Below are positions 28,701 through 37,530 of a DNA stretch of 64,000 nt, one piece after another. Both the position numbers and the translations under genes were made by a program. The stretch is from the NCBI GenBank assembly GCA_965228855.1, contig CBDDIJ010000005.1, positions 640,001 through 704,000 of the forward strand, given 5' to 3'. Position 1 is the stretch's first letter. Every line of letters begins with the position of its first letter. The DNA is from Candidatus Obscuribacterales bacterium. GTDB taxonomy: Bacteria > Cyanobacteriota > Vampirovibrionia > Obscuribacterales > Obscuribacteraceae. The notes under the pieces were generated by a model. The model worked only from the letters and a program-made list of their open reading frames with translations. It ran no database searches and was not told the origin of the DNA.

Positions 28701-31700
28701 CACCACTGCCAGTGCCACCTGAAAGAACTATATCGACGTTAGTTAAATCAATCGACCCGCCATTGGCGCTGACGCCGGTGATCGTATACAAGCCAGGTCC
28801 CTGAATCTGACCGGCGGTAGCCGGTGTGAAGTCATAGCCAGCCATCAACGTCAACGAGCCGGAGCCACTGGCTCCGGACAAGTTAATCAAGGTTGAGCCG
28901 GTGGTAGTGATGTTGCCGGCGGCGAGAATCGCCAGATTTTGACCGACAAATACTAGATCGGAGGGAAGCAGCACATCGCCTGTACTGTTGGCGATTGTTC
29001 CATTATTCGAGCAAACGATCACTAGCGGATTGCCGGTGATAGTTCCATTGAATACGAGGTCGCAAGCATTGACAGTGAGCTTGTTCGTGCCTGTCACTGT
29101 CGCGCCGGCGTTGACGATAAACTGATCCGGTTCGTCGCCAACGCTGAACACTGCGTCGCCAGCTCCGTTCAGAAGAATTGCACCTGACAGGCTGATCCCG
29201 TGAGATGACGTCGCACTAAAGCCGTTTGCCGTCGTGTAAGTTCCACCAGAGATGGAAAGTGCACCAGCAGGTGAGTTATTGATGTTTATCTGGTCGAAGT
29301 TAGCAACAGAGCCGCTCGTCAAATTGTCCGTCGTGAGGCTGAGCGTGCCACTTCCTGCTATATTTCCGGCAAGCGCTATGCTGCCACCATTATCAGTGTC
29401 GATAGAGACGAAATCATTACCAGCCGATGCTTGAACGTTTACAGTTCCAGTACCCGAGTAAATTACGGATATATCACCACCACCAATTCCATTTGCCGTC
29501 AGCGATACAGGGTTAGCACCATTAGTGAAGACCAACTCATTGCCGCCAGTACCGATTCCACCGATACCTGCAAGAACCGTTAGTGACGGTGTCAAAAGCA
29601 GTCCATTTGTTTGTTGAATAGACCCGCTGCCCCCACCCTGAGTATTGAGTGTCATGGCGGTCGTCGCAGTGATGTCGTGGTCGATCAGAATGCTTCCGTT
29701 GTTATTAATGATATTCAGCGTGGCAACTGTGAAGTCACCTCCTGTAGTGACATTGCCGCCGCTGACCTGAGAAGCATTTATGTTGAGAGTTCCAACTGCT
29801 TGCGCGAGCAACTCGATGCCGTCAGCCTCATTGATGGTCAGAATTTGACCAGAACCACCCAGCGTCGCTAACTTCGCAGCATCCGTAGTGAGGGTTACCG
29901 GACCGGTGACGAATGAGACAGCCAAATCGCCGGTATTGATTGAGCCTGCTGTCTGAACCAGGGTGCCACCGGAAACGAGGGATGTTCCCGTGGACGCATC
30001 TATAGTACGAGCTATCGACAGGCTGTTACCGGCATCAAGAATGACGATGGGGGCAGTCAAATTGACTCCGTTGTCTTGAACAAGAAGTGTCGTGGCCGCA
30101 GCAACCGACAGGGTACCGGTCGCGGACGAATCGGACCTCAGCGTCAGAGAATTCGAATCATCGACATAAACGGAACCGGAAAACGCGTTCGCCTTTAAAA
30201 CATTCGTATCGATGGAAAGCGGCGCTAGTTCAGCTCCAATATCACCTGTGAGAGCAACCAGGTTGAGAGCCGCCGCATTCAATCCGCCGGAAATATTCGA
30301 GTTCGCGATGCCCGTTCCAGAGTTCAGCGTTATGCTCGCGACAGCATTGACTGCGCCATCCAGGTCAAAACCACCATCTGCAATCAGGGTTACGTCCTGA
30401 CCACCAATAGTCGAAGAACTGCTGATGTCGCCGGTCGAGACGGCTACAAAAGCGTTGCCGGCCGAGGAAGCTCCACCACCGAAGTTAACGTTTCCTGATT
30501 CGTCGCTTAGGAAAACGGAGCCTGTCGCATTTGCTCGAATGTTAACAGCATCAAAGCTGAAGTAGTCGACGCTGGCACCGATATCACCGGCGGTGACGTT
30601 CAGATTCAGCTGGTTGACCGGAACGCCCAAGCCGGACATCAATTCGCCTATAACGTTCGAGTTCAAAATCGAGTTAGCAGAGGTCAGCGAAATGCTGTTG
30701 ACGCCGATGATGTCATCATTAATCTGCAAAGTTCCAGTGTTAGCGAACAGCGCCACATCAGTTCCAATCAATTCGCCGGCCGTGGTCAGGTTGACATTCG
30801 ACGAAATCTGCAGAGTGTTCATCGCAGACGATTCATTTACGATGAGAGATCCGACGGGTTTCGTGACAAAGGCTGAGTCAGCCGAATGCACGGACACAGT
30901 TCCTGCAGTGATGGAAATAGGCGTAGCAAGCGTCCCTATGCTTCCTGTGGTCGTAATCAAGTTGAGTACCGGAGTCGTGATGGTCGACGCCAGGTCGGCC
31001 GAGACGATTCCCGCATCAGAAGCAATCGTGACCTGGCTCGTACCAGCGATTGCTGCGTTTACCGCGATATGACCGCCGCTGCCATCCTTTGCTTTCAATG
31101 TCACGTCGCTAGCTGAGATCGGCGCCGCAACGGTGATTGTCCCTTGAGCGGTCAAACTGAACGCTCCAGCAGCGCCTGATGCTCCACCTACACCGAGAGC
31201 CTGAGAGTTCTCAACCCAGACAGAGCCGAGAGGCGCATTGAGCGTCACAGAAGATACGCTCAAAGTCAGCGGGTCAAGCGCCGCGCCGATATTTCCTGTG
31301 GTTGACGTAGCAATCAATGTTGGGGTCACGAGTTGACCAGCACCGACTCCATTAAGGATGTCATCGTTGGAGGTCAGTGTAATACTCGTGGTTCCCGAGA
31401 TGACGTTATTGAATGTGAAACCGCCTGTGGTGGCGTTCAAATTCACATCGATGGCATCTATAGTCCCATCGTTCGAGAGGCTTCCGGAGGTCGCTGTGAA
31501 TGTCGTGCCCGCCGACGATGGCGCCGATCCGATGTTCATGGAACCAGCTGTGTCGGTCAAATTAACGAAGGTTGCCGCATTGGCAGTGACGGTTGAGAAG
31601 TCAACTGTCGTCACGTTAATACTACTTGTATCCGAAGTCAAATTGATGACCGGTGAACTAAGTCCACCAAGAATTGATGAATCATCGATCGCCCCATTGG

Positions 31701-34700
31701 CGGTCAAATTGATGTTGCTAGTTCCGGTCACCAGCGCATTGAGCGTCAGAGAGCCGCCCAGGGCCGTTAAATGAACGTCCTTAGCCGAGATGGTTCCAAG
31801 TGCACCGACCGTGAGATTGTTTGGCGCTGTCAGATCGAAGATATAGGAAGCTCCTGCGGAACTCGGTCCGGAGACGTTGACATCACCTGCGGTATCAGTA
31901 ATGAACACGTCATTAGCAGCCACTGCGACCAGGTTGGTTGCATCAATTTCAAGCGGTGATGAAGGAATCGAACCAATACTTCCAGCGGTCGAAACAAGCG
32001 TCAGGTTTGGTACAGAACCGCCCAGTCCATCGCTCAAGCCGCCACTGATGCTATCGTTCAATATAGATCCGAACGAAGTGAGAGTAATGCTGTTGCTTCC
32101 TTCGACGCTGCCATCCAGGTCCAGAATGCCCGAGGTGGAGGTCAAGCTCACATCCGCACCAGAAATTGTGCCGGAACTGCTGAGGTCGCCAGTGCTCTCA
32201 ACGGATGCAGTGGCAGACGCACTGCCGGTGAGGACATTCAGCGCACCGTTGTTCTCAACATATGCACTACCAGCTGCGGCTGAGAAAGTTAATGCTGACG
32301 TGGCTAACTGGATAGGAGCGAGGCTAGAGCCGATACTTGTTGCAGAGTCAAGCACTACGGAAGGCGCGAGGATTGTTCCCACCGGTAAATCCGTAGCACT
32401 AATGCTGGATGCACTGATTTCAACAAAGTCCGAACTGCTTACCGAGCCGGTAATTGAAACAGTTCCCGCAGCGACAAGCATTACAGGCTCGCCCGATACC
32501 GTACCTGGTACCGTGATGTTGCCGGCGCTCTGCAAGGAGAACATACCCATGGCAGCTGAACCGCCGACCAGAGCTATATTCGCATTGTTGGAGATAACGT
32601 TTACAAAACCTGTCGGCGCGTTGAGAGTTAGTGACTGTACGTTAGTAGAAACCAGTACTGGCGCGACATCTCCCACATTGCCGTTGGTAGAGGTGACGGA
32701 CAGTGTAGGAGTAAAAACGGAATTTAGTTGATTAGCTGCTGTGAAACTCTCGTAGGCTGTCAACATCGCTGAAGATGACGCTACAGCCAGCGAAACTGTA
32801 ATAGCACCGTTGGTGGATGAAGCGACCAGTGAAGCGACGTCCACATCTAATAGATGCAAGTCCCCTTCAGCCCTGATATCCAAAAGACCACCTTCCGCAA
32901 TCGAAACTGTGGTGTTGCCTACGGCATCCAGGTAATCGGAACCAGTTACAAGCGACACAACGCTCGGCGACGATAGCTTAAGTCTGCCACTAACCGATCC
33001 GACATTGCTGGCAGACAACTGCACCTGTCCAGTTGCCGTCACGAGAGAGCCGGAATCAACTATGACATCACCGGTTGCAGAAAAGCGCGTGACGCGCGAG
33101 GTTATGCTTCCCCCGAACTGAATGTTGGCAGAAGAAGAAAGCCTGACGATGTCTGCAGTTATTTCAGCAGTCAGCGTGAGCCCAGTGGTTCCAAGCACTG
33201 AGAACGTCTGGAGCAGATTGGTTCCAGCAGAATTGATTCCTGTCAGGTTTACGCTGTTCGGATCGACTACATAAACCATTCCTGTCGGTGCATTCAACGT
33301 CAAGTTCACGGCATCGATATCAAGCTCATTACCGCTTGACCCAATCGAGCCATTCGTAGAGGTCAAATTGATTTGCGGCGCCGATAGAGCCGTTGGGCTT
33401 CCTAAGTTGACATCGCTAATATTATCGAAAGAGGTGAGGGAGATAGTGTCTGTCGCGGTTACCTGATTGACGAAAACACTACCAAGAGAAGACTCGATGG
33501 CGACATTGCGACCGCTGATTGGCTGGTAGGTGAAAACTGAAAGACTACCGGAGAGAGAGACGTCCCGCCCGGCGGTTACATCTTCGTTGATGAACAAATT
33601 GGCCGTCGTAGATGTAATTCGTACGTCGCGTCCAGCACTAAGAACTTTGTTGATGTAAATCGAATCAACCGAGTCCAAGATGATGTCACCGTTAGTGGCG
33701 GTTAATAGCTCATTAGCAAAGATGCTGTCGTTTGAGCTGATATTGATATTTCCTGCGGCAGTGATGTTGCCGTTCAAGAAAACACTATCTCCGGGAGTTG
33801 AGTTCGACTCTATAACAATGTTGCCGCCTGCATCAATTCGTCCGGCAAAAACCGAACCACCTGAAGTTTGCGCGGTGACGTTACCGCTAGCGCTAACATC
33901 CTGATTCAGAAAAATACTGCTACCAGCTAGAAGGCTTATGTTGCCTCCAGTAGTCGACAATGGAACATCGTTAATGGAGAGAGAGTTGGCGGAGTCAAAA
34001 ATTATATTGCGACCAGCGCTCACACCACTGCCGTCCGCAGTGAGGGAACCACCAGTAGTTGAATAGCTAAAATCAAGACCCGCGACACCCTGAATAAAGC
34101 TCGTAGAAATGGCACTATTCGTCAGAGTGACGCTACCTGCGGCACTAGCGTCGACAAAGGTAGCATTGATCGCAAGCGGTTGTCCAAGCGAGCCGATGCT
34201 ACCGTTAACGGAAGCGAGAGTGAGGTCAAATACTGTTGCGCCACTGCCGGCCAGACCACCAACAATACTGCCCGCGGTGATGCTGTTCAAAGACGTCAAT
34301 GAAATCGAGTCGGTTCCAGTCACCAGGCCGTTCAAACCGAGACTGCCATTGGTTGCTTGAAGAACAACATCGGTGGCTGAAATTGAGCCATCGCTCAGGA
34401 TGTTGTTGTTGGCCGTTACGCTAAAATCGAACAGCGCAGTACTGGTTCCAACGGTGACAGTATTGGGGTCGCTGAAATAAACGTTATTAGCTTGAAGAGT
34501 AACATGGTTTGCGTCCAGTAACAGAGGCGTCGCGCTTGTGCCGATGTCTCCTGCGGTGGACGTGATTTGAAGGTTCGGACTAGTTAGAACTCCAGTTATA
34601 GAGGAATTCAAAATGTTTCCAGCGGCGGTTAGCGATATAAAGTTCGAAGCAGTCAGGTTACTGGCGATGTTCAATGAACCGCTTGCGATAAACGACAGCT

Positions 34701-37431
34701 GATTTCCGCTCACACTGCTGGTAGTCGAAAGGTTGGCAGCGTTTACCTGGAGAGTGCCTGAAACAAACGAAGAGCCACCACCCATGGTGAGGTCCGTCGC
34801 ATCAACGATTGTCGCATTTCCGCTGAGTGCGTTAACCGTCAAATTCGTAGCTTCGACATTACCGACAATATCTCCGGTCTCCGATCGCAAGTTCACCTGC
34901 GGAGCGGTCACTGATGCTGGAATTACAGAAGTGATGCCAGTTTGAGCCCGTATGGTTGCGCTAGTCGTTGCCGTTATGATCTCGGACAATGTGACATTGC
35001 TTGTCAGCGAACGCAAATTGACGACATCAGCGGTGATCGTATTATCAGTAATAACAGCTCCGTTCGCTTGAAGATCGAAGATACCAGCGGCACTCCCATC
35101 AATGTTGGCGGCGCCAGTCACATTGATAAAGACAGAGCCATTCGAGGCGAATGCTCCAATATCCGGTCCGGTCAGATTCAGCCTGCCAGAGGCGGAGGAT
35201 CCAATATTGCCATTCATACTCGTTAGTACGAGGAAAGCCCCGGCACCGATTGTCGAACTGGCTGTATTGGTAATGTTTCCTTCTGCAAAGATGAGCACTG
35301 CGGCTGCAGAAATACCACTGCCGCCGGATTGATTAATGTTGCCAGTCGACGCAAGAACCAAAGATCCAGCGATATCTATGACACCGCTGTTAATCTGGAT
35401 GTTGCCACCAGTCGTAGGAGTTAGACTGTCGCCGACAAGTGTATTTCCTGAGGTAATTTGACCGCTTGCATCAAAGACGACGTTCGCGCCATTCGAGGAG
35501 ATCGGCTGCAGCGTGGAAATAGAGACTGAATTTAATAAGTTTGGCGAGTCAGCGTTGATGCCGCCTAACGTGATTGCGGTAGTGTTCTGAGCCCCGGCGA
35601 TGATCGTGATGTCGCCAGCATCACCTGTAACGGAACTGGCATTAATTAGGGTTCCACCCAGATTCACGCGTCCAGAATTAAAGTTCAAACCAGCGAACGC
35701 GGCAACGAGGATGTCACCTGCATTATCGCTCGCATTCAATCCGGCCGATGATATGGTCACGCCACTTCCGAGTAGAACACTGCCACCACCAGTAGAGGCA
35801 TTACCGGTCAGTGTAGTTCCGGAAAACGTGCCGCCCGGGAGAGTCGAACTGTTGGTGCCACCGGGCAGTTGCTCCGCTCCAGCTATGAGCGTAATGTTAT
35901 AACCCTGTCCCGCAGACGTTGCAGTGATAGTAACATTATTGGCGCTTGTGATGTTGCCACTGGCAATGATCGCCAGATCCTCAGCGACTGTAATATCGCC
36001 AGCAATGTTGATATTTCCGGCACTATTCTTGAAGGTCGGGTCACCCGTCAGACAAACTTGACCGATGTTCAGCTCAGCAGTAGCAGCTTGCACATGAGCT
36101 TCGGCACCTGTCTGATTGATGGTTCCAGTCAGTTCGTTAACTTCGACCCGAAGGACACCACCGCCGGCGTTCAAATTCAGCTCGCGGCTGAATAAATCCC
36201 CACCTGAGACGTTGGTGTTGAAAGGCTCTGAAAATGCTGCGTTACGAACGTTAATTGCGCCGTTCAGAGCGGAGATTGTCCCGCCGTCGTTATTGAGGTT
36301 TAAATCAGCTGTCGCCGCTCCATCGACATTCACATCGCCTTTAAGCGATTCGACACGACCACTGTTGACGATGGATGATGAACTCAGATTCACATCTCTG
36401 ACTGCGCTGACGTCAGATGCGTTAGTTAGATTGCCACCGGCTGTAAGTGTCAAGCTGCCACTGGATGTGATACTACCGTAGTTGCTGAGGTCCCCTTTAG
36501 CGTTTAAACCGAGATCAACGGCCCCACCTTTTCCACCAAGGTCGTTTCTCTGACCGTTGTTCAAAACAGTCGAGATAACACCGCCAGCCTGATTTGTGAT
36601 GTCATCGGCATAAATCGTACCGCCGCGAACAGACTTACTGCTGGATACTGCGTACACGAAGCCGTAGTTCGTCAGGTCGCCTTGCAATCTAAAGTCCGAA
36701 CCTTTTCCGAAATCCCCGTAGGTTGTGACGCCGACGGGCACGATCAGGTCAGAGGCTTTCATGACGTCATTATTAGCTGTGATGGAGCCCAGATCAACCT
36801 GACCACCAATAGAAGCACCCGTTGCGTCCAGCGTGACTTTCTGTCCGCCACCTGCAAGGACTTGCTTGACGGCTACGTATTCGGAAGCGGTCACTTGTTG
36901 ACCAGCTGAGATCGTTTTGACTTCGCCACCGACACTGATTTCAACTGAGTTGACGTTGCCAAAGAGCTTCTGCCCTAGAGTGATGTTTCTAACTGTCGAA
37001 GAAAGGTCAAGATTTACGCCATTCTTCAGTGAAACGAGATTGCCGTCAGAATTATTTTGCAAAGACTGGTTCACGACGCCGTTGTGACGCTCGAGTCGCT
37101 GAGTCCACCTGTCAGCACGATTCGATCCAAGCGAAGCACCGGTTGATTGCGTCGTATTTACGTTTCCGCTCAAAGAAGGAACTGCGAGGAAAGTCGATGG
37201 AGATGTTGCATTTCGAGCACCACCTGCGACACCAAACTCCTGGCGATACATACCGCGCAAAGTTTGCCTGTCAATGCCGGGATTCTGGTCTCGAAACTCC
37301 CTGAAGGTCGTTCGATCATGCTCAGGAGCAGCCTGGGCTGCCTGCATGGCTGATGCGGACAGGGAACCAATAATGACTGCCATCCACTGCTTAACAAACG
37401 ACTTGCGAACTCTGACTGCCTTCTTACTCAT
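25780..37431 (-). CDS. Giant secreted beta-helix/haemagglutinin-like repeat protein B (3883 aa)
   Basis: Same architecture as A; AGGA RBS; ends PRTVALKW. Confidence 0.9.
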   Translation of the reverse strand: MSKKAVRVRKSFVKQWMAVIIGSLSASAMQAAQAAPEHDRTTFREFRDQNPGIDRQTLRGMYRQEFGVAGGARNATSPSTFLAVPSLSGNVNTTQSTGASLGSNRADRWTQRLERHNGVVNQSLQNNSDGNLVSLKNGVNLDLSSTVRNITLGQKLFGNVNSVEISVGGEVKTISAGQQVTASEYVAVKQVLAGGGQKVTLDATGASIGGQVDLGSITANNDVMKASDLIVPVGVTTYGDFGKGSDFRLQGDLTNYGFVYAVSSSKSVRGGTIYADDITNQAGGVISTVLNNGQRNDLGGKGGAVDLGLNAKGDLSNYGSITSSGSLTLTAGGNLTNASDVSAVRDVNLSSSSIVNSGRVESLKGDVNVDGAATADLNLNNDGGTISALNGAINVRNAAFSEPFNTNVSGGDLFSRELNLNAGGGVLRVEVNELTGTINQTGAEAHVQAATAELNIGQVCLTGDPTFKNSAGNINIAGDITVAEDLAIIASGNITSANNVTITATSAGQGYNITLIAGAEQLPGGTNSSTLPGGTFSGTTLTGNASTGGGSVLLGSGVTISSAGLNASDNAGDILVAAFAGLNFNSGRVNLGGTLINASSVTGDAGDITIIAGAQNTTAITLGGINADSPNLLNSVSISTLQPISSNGANVVFDASGQITSGNTLVGDSLTPTTGGNIQINSGVIDIAGSLVLASTGNINQSGGSGISAAAVLIFAEGNITNTASSTIGAGAFLVLTSMNGNIGSSASGRLNLTGPDIGAFASNGSVFINVTGAANIDGSAAGIFDLQANGAVITDNTITADVVNLRSLTSNVTLSEIITATTSATIRAQTGITSVIPASVTAPQVNLRSETGDIVGNVEATNLTVNALSGNATIVDATDLTMGGGSSFVSGTLQVNAANLSTTSSVSGNQLSFIASGSLNIASNLTASNFISLTAAGNILNSSITGVLTSPNLQITSTAGDIGTSATPLLLDANHVTLQANNVYFSDPNTVTVGTSTALFDFSVTANNNILSDGSISATDVVLQATNGSLGLNGLVTGTDSISLTSLNSITAGSIVGGLAGSGATVFDLTLASVNGSIGSLGQPLAINATFVDASAAGSVTLTNSAISTSFIQGVAGLDFSYSTTGGSLTADGSGVSAGRNIIFDSANSLSINDVPLSTTGGNISLLAGSSIFLNQDVSASGNVTAQTSGGSVFAGRIDAGGNIVIESNSTPGDSVFLNGNITAAGNINISSNDSIFANELLTATNGDIILDSVDSIYINKVLSAGRDVRITSTTANLFINEDVTAGRDVSLSGSLSVFTYQPISGRNVAIESSLGSVFVNQVTATDTISLTSFDNISDVNLGSPTALSAPQINLTSTNGSIGSSGNELDIDAVNLTLNAPTGMVYVVDPNSVNLTGINSAGTNLLQTFSVLGTTGLTLTAEITADIVRLSSSANIQFGGSITSRVTRFSATGDVIVDSGSLVTATGQVQLSASNVGSVSGRLKLSSPSVVSLVTGSDYLDAVGNTTVSIAEGGLLDIRAEGDLHLLDVDVASLVASSTNGAITVSLAVASSSAMLTAYESFTAANQLNSVFTPTLSVTSTNGNVGDVAPVLVSTNVQSLTLNAPTGFVNVISNNANIALVGGSAAMGMFSLQSAGNITVPGTVSGEPVMLVAAGTVSITGSVSSSDFVEISASSISATDLPVGTILAPSVVLDSATSIGSSLAPIQLATSALTFSAAAGSAYVENNGALNVLTGSASATASVESTGDLSSSGTISGADVSLTSTSGILDLDGSVEGSNSITLTSFGSILNDSISGGLSDGLGGSVPNLTLVSTAGSIGSIPSSPLEIDATNLVAVAANDVFITDTAGDVNVSGPSSAGASYIFDLTAPNNLTVGALGTISAKDVHLTALGGSLTLNALVTGTSNINLTANGAIDDSSILGGLSSPVINLTSDTSSINVTTVDFSTVTANAATFVNLTDTAGSMNIGSAPSSAGTTFTATSGSLSNDGTIDAIDVNLNATTGGFTFNNVISGTTSITLTSNDDILNGVGAGQLVTPTLIATSTTGNIGAALDPLTLSVSSVTLNAPLGSVWVENSQALGVGGASGAAGAFSLTAQGTITVAAPISASDVTLKAKDGSGGHIAVNAAIAGTSQVTIASDAGIVSADLASTITTPVLNLITTTGSIGTLATPISITAGTVSVHSADSAFVTKPVGSLIVNESSAMNTLQISSNVNLTTAGELIGTDVALFANTGTLQINDDIIGVNSISLTSANSILNSNVIGELMSGLGVPVNQLNLNVTAGDIGASVDYFSFDAVNIRANATGSVFLSDESGNVNFGGGASSAGNAFVAVSTGDISSSSTIGGQDVTLIADGGFDLDGAVNAVASITLNSGTGIANSNISGGLNAAALNLVALTGDIGAELAPLSIDTNVLKANAFSGSVYVDDSNSLTLRSDSSATGTLSVAAATTLLVQDNGVNLTAPIVILDAGNSLSIARTIDASTGTSLVSGGTLVQTAGSINTGDLAVSFVTGPVTLTTDAAKLATLGGSGQILTINEADGIELLAQAVGTLNINASQVSGGNVTTGGDFTVATLNIINNNGSILIDHDITATTAMTLNTQGGGSGSIQQTNGLLLTPSLTVLAGIGGIGTGGNELVFTNGANPVSLTANGIGGGDISVIYSGTGTVNVQASAGNDFVSIDTDNGGSIALAGNIAGSGTLSLTTDNLTSGSVANFDQININNSPAGALSISGGTYTTANGFSATSSHGISLSGAILLNGAGDAVFSVGDEPDQFIVNAGATVTGTNKLTVNACDLVFNGTITGNPLVIVCSNNGTIANSTGDVLLPSDLVFVGQNLAILAAGNITTTGSTLINLSGASGSGSLTLMAGYDFTPATAGQIQGPGLYTITGVSANGGSIDLTNVDIVLSGGTGSGGNLVAVANAGSLNDGSVILGTVDTTGTINGGNVTVTAPGGITIDSVTTNGGTNSGNVALSVANPTIVGGPVTVQNGLVLTGSFGVGTATSGDLTVNSLVAGTGDVTLLGAFGALDNIDVQSVNANRLNVNVGDGAATISNSGLNELNTNGSGTISLLNQTGPIVLNNIVGATQDLDVSASGTISTTSNAINIDNLNLQTSAGGDILLNGNVSGATFITFNADGTISQTSGVVGGGQFSITFNNGPVTLNTSVSTLLSNAGTGSTDLTINETDDLILDTQGVDVLTVNVASGAVTTNSDFTVDDLTVNVANGTFAVSNSIGATGTTNVFADDGVTSSGTGVINGDAVTLDTNAALGVDASDKLQINANTFQVSGQNVFVNNNNVAASTLNASSVVGTLDVSTVGDLVSGGDYSAAVVALSTGGAFDLTSTINGSTSVSLTTDGDLTNITGTLNTPTLLLNSVSGNVGTDANNPFLVAANVTSIGGTAGGGFFVTSAATGGVNFVAITAGDDISLKANGGLNLTQNITSTGGALAIQATQDVLDIADGITLLAHDQIDITQVGTVKKRDKIVFGAGSSVLTNAKTVGLGNINIVLGAPQSPGNKIPTPKKNVTIVENGGSVLFGGKKAQAAAPGNVFTAQGADVYVSTFNPKSIVFEGNVTITADPPVAEGTPVLIRQFAGVGGDSQPGALGTATISNELGSISSLNTALNLLPANSTSLSGLGASVLQGVQNISMNNATITSGASGALTSGDLSTVAVSQVDDSYMTTTSPQGTMVNASICSDIEFVGDVGFNGVEKMKHSAVVSVNSGSVLFAPTSDTTVVTPKGKVKVAANAVAMVVVEDTHLSVYDVNDLHKNSVVVEAAGRSIPLSPGSHAVITHAGVEQFSDINPVESIMHRGLSRHELGNGHRAFTSEFSVPGAIQCIKPLSAMILSNHSQAKKVKERVLKTSAIIMQLSSNTPYEFHAKPRTVALKW

Positions 37432-37482
37432 TATGTTAGGTCCTGCAAAATAAATTGAAGTGAGAAACGAAAGAAACGCGAG

Positions 37483-37525
37483 ACGCCCCCGAGCACGGAA
37501 CCTCAGTTCTCATGATCGGGAGCGT
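37483..37525 (-). other. Intercistronic stem-loop between giant genes C and B (possible weak terminator)
   Basis: Minus-strand ACGCTCCCGA-TCATG-A-GAAC-TGAG-GTTC-CGTGC-TCGGGGGCGT; G-U pairs form only on the mRNA strand; U-rich tract starts about 6 nt downstream. Confidence 0.6.
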
Positions 37526-37530
37526 TGCAA

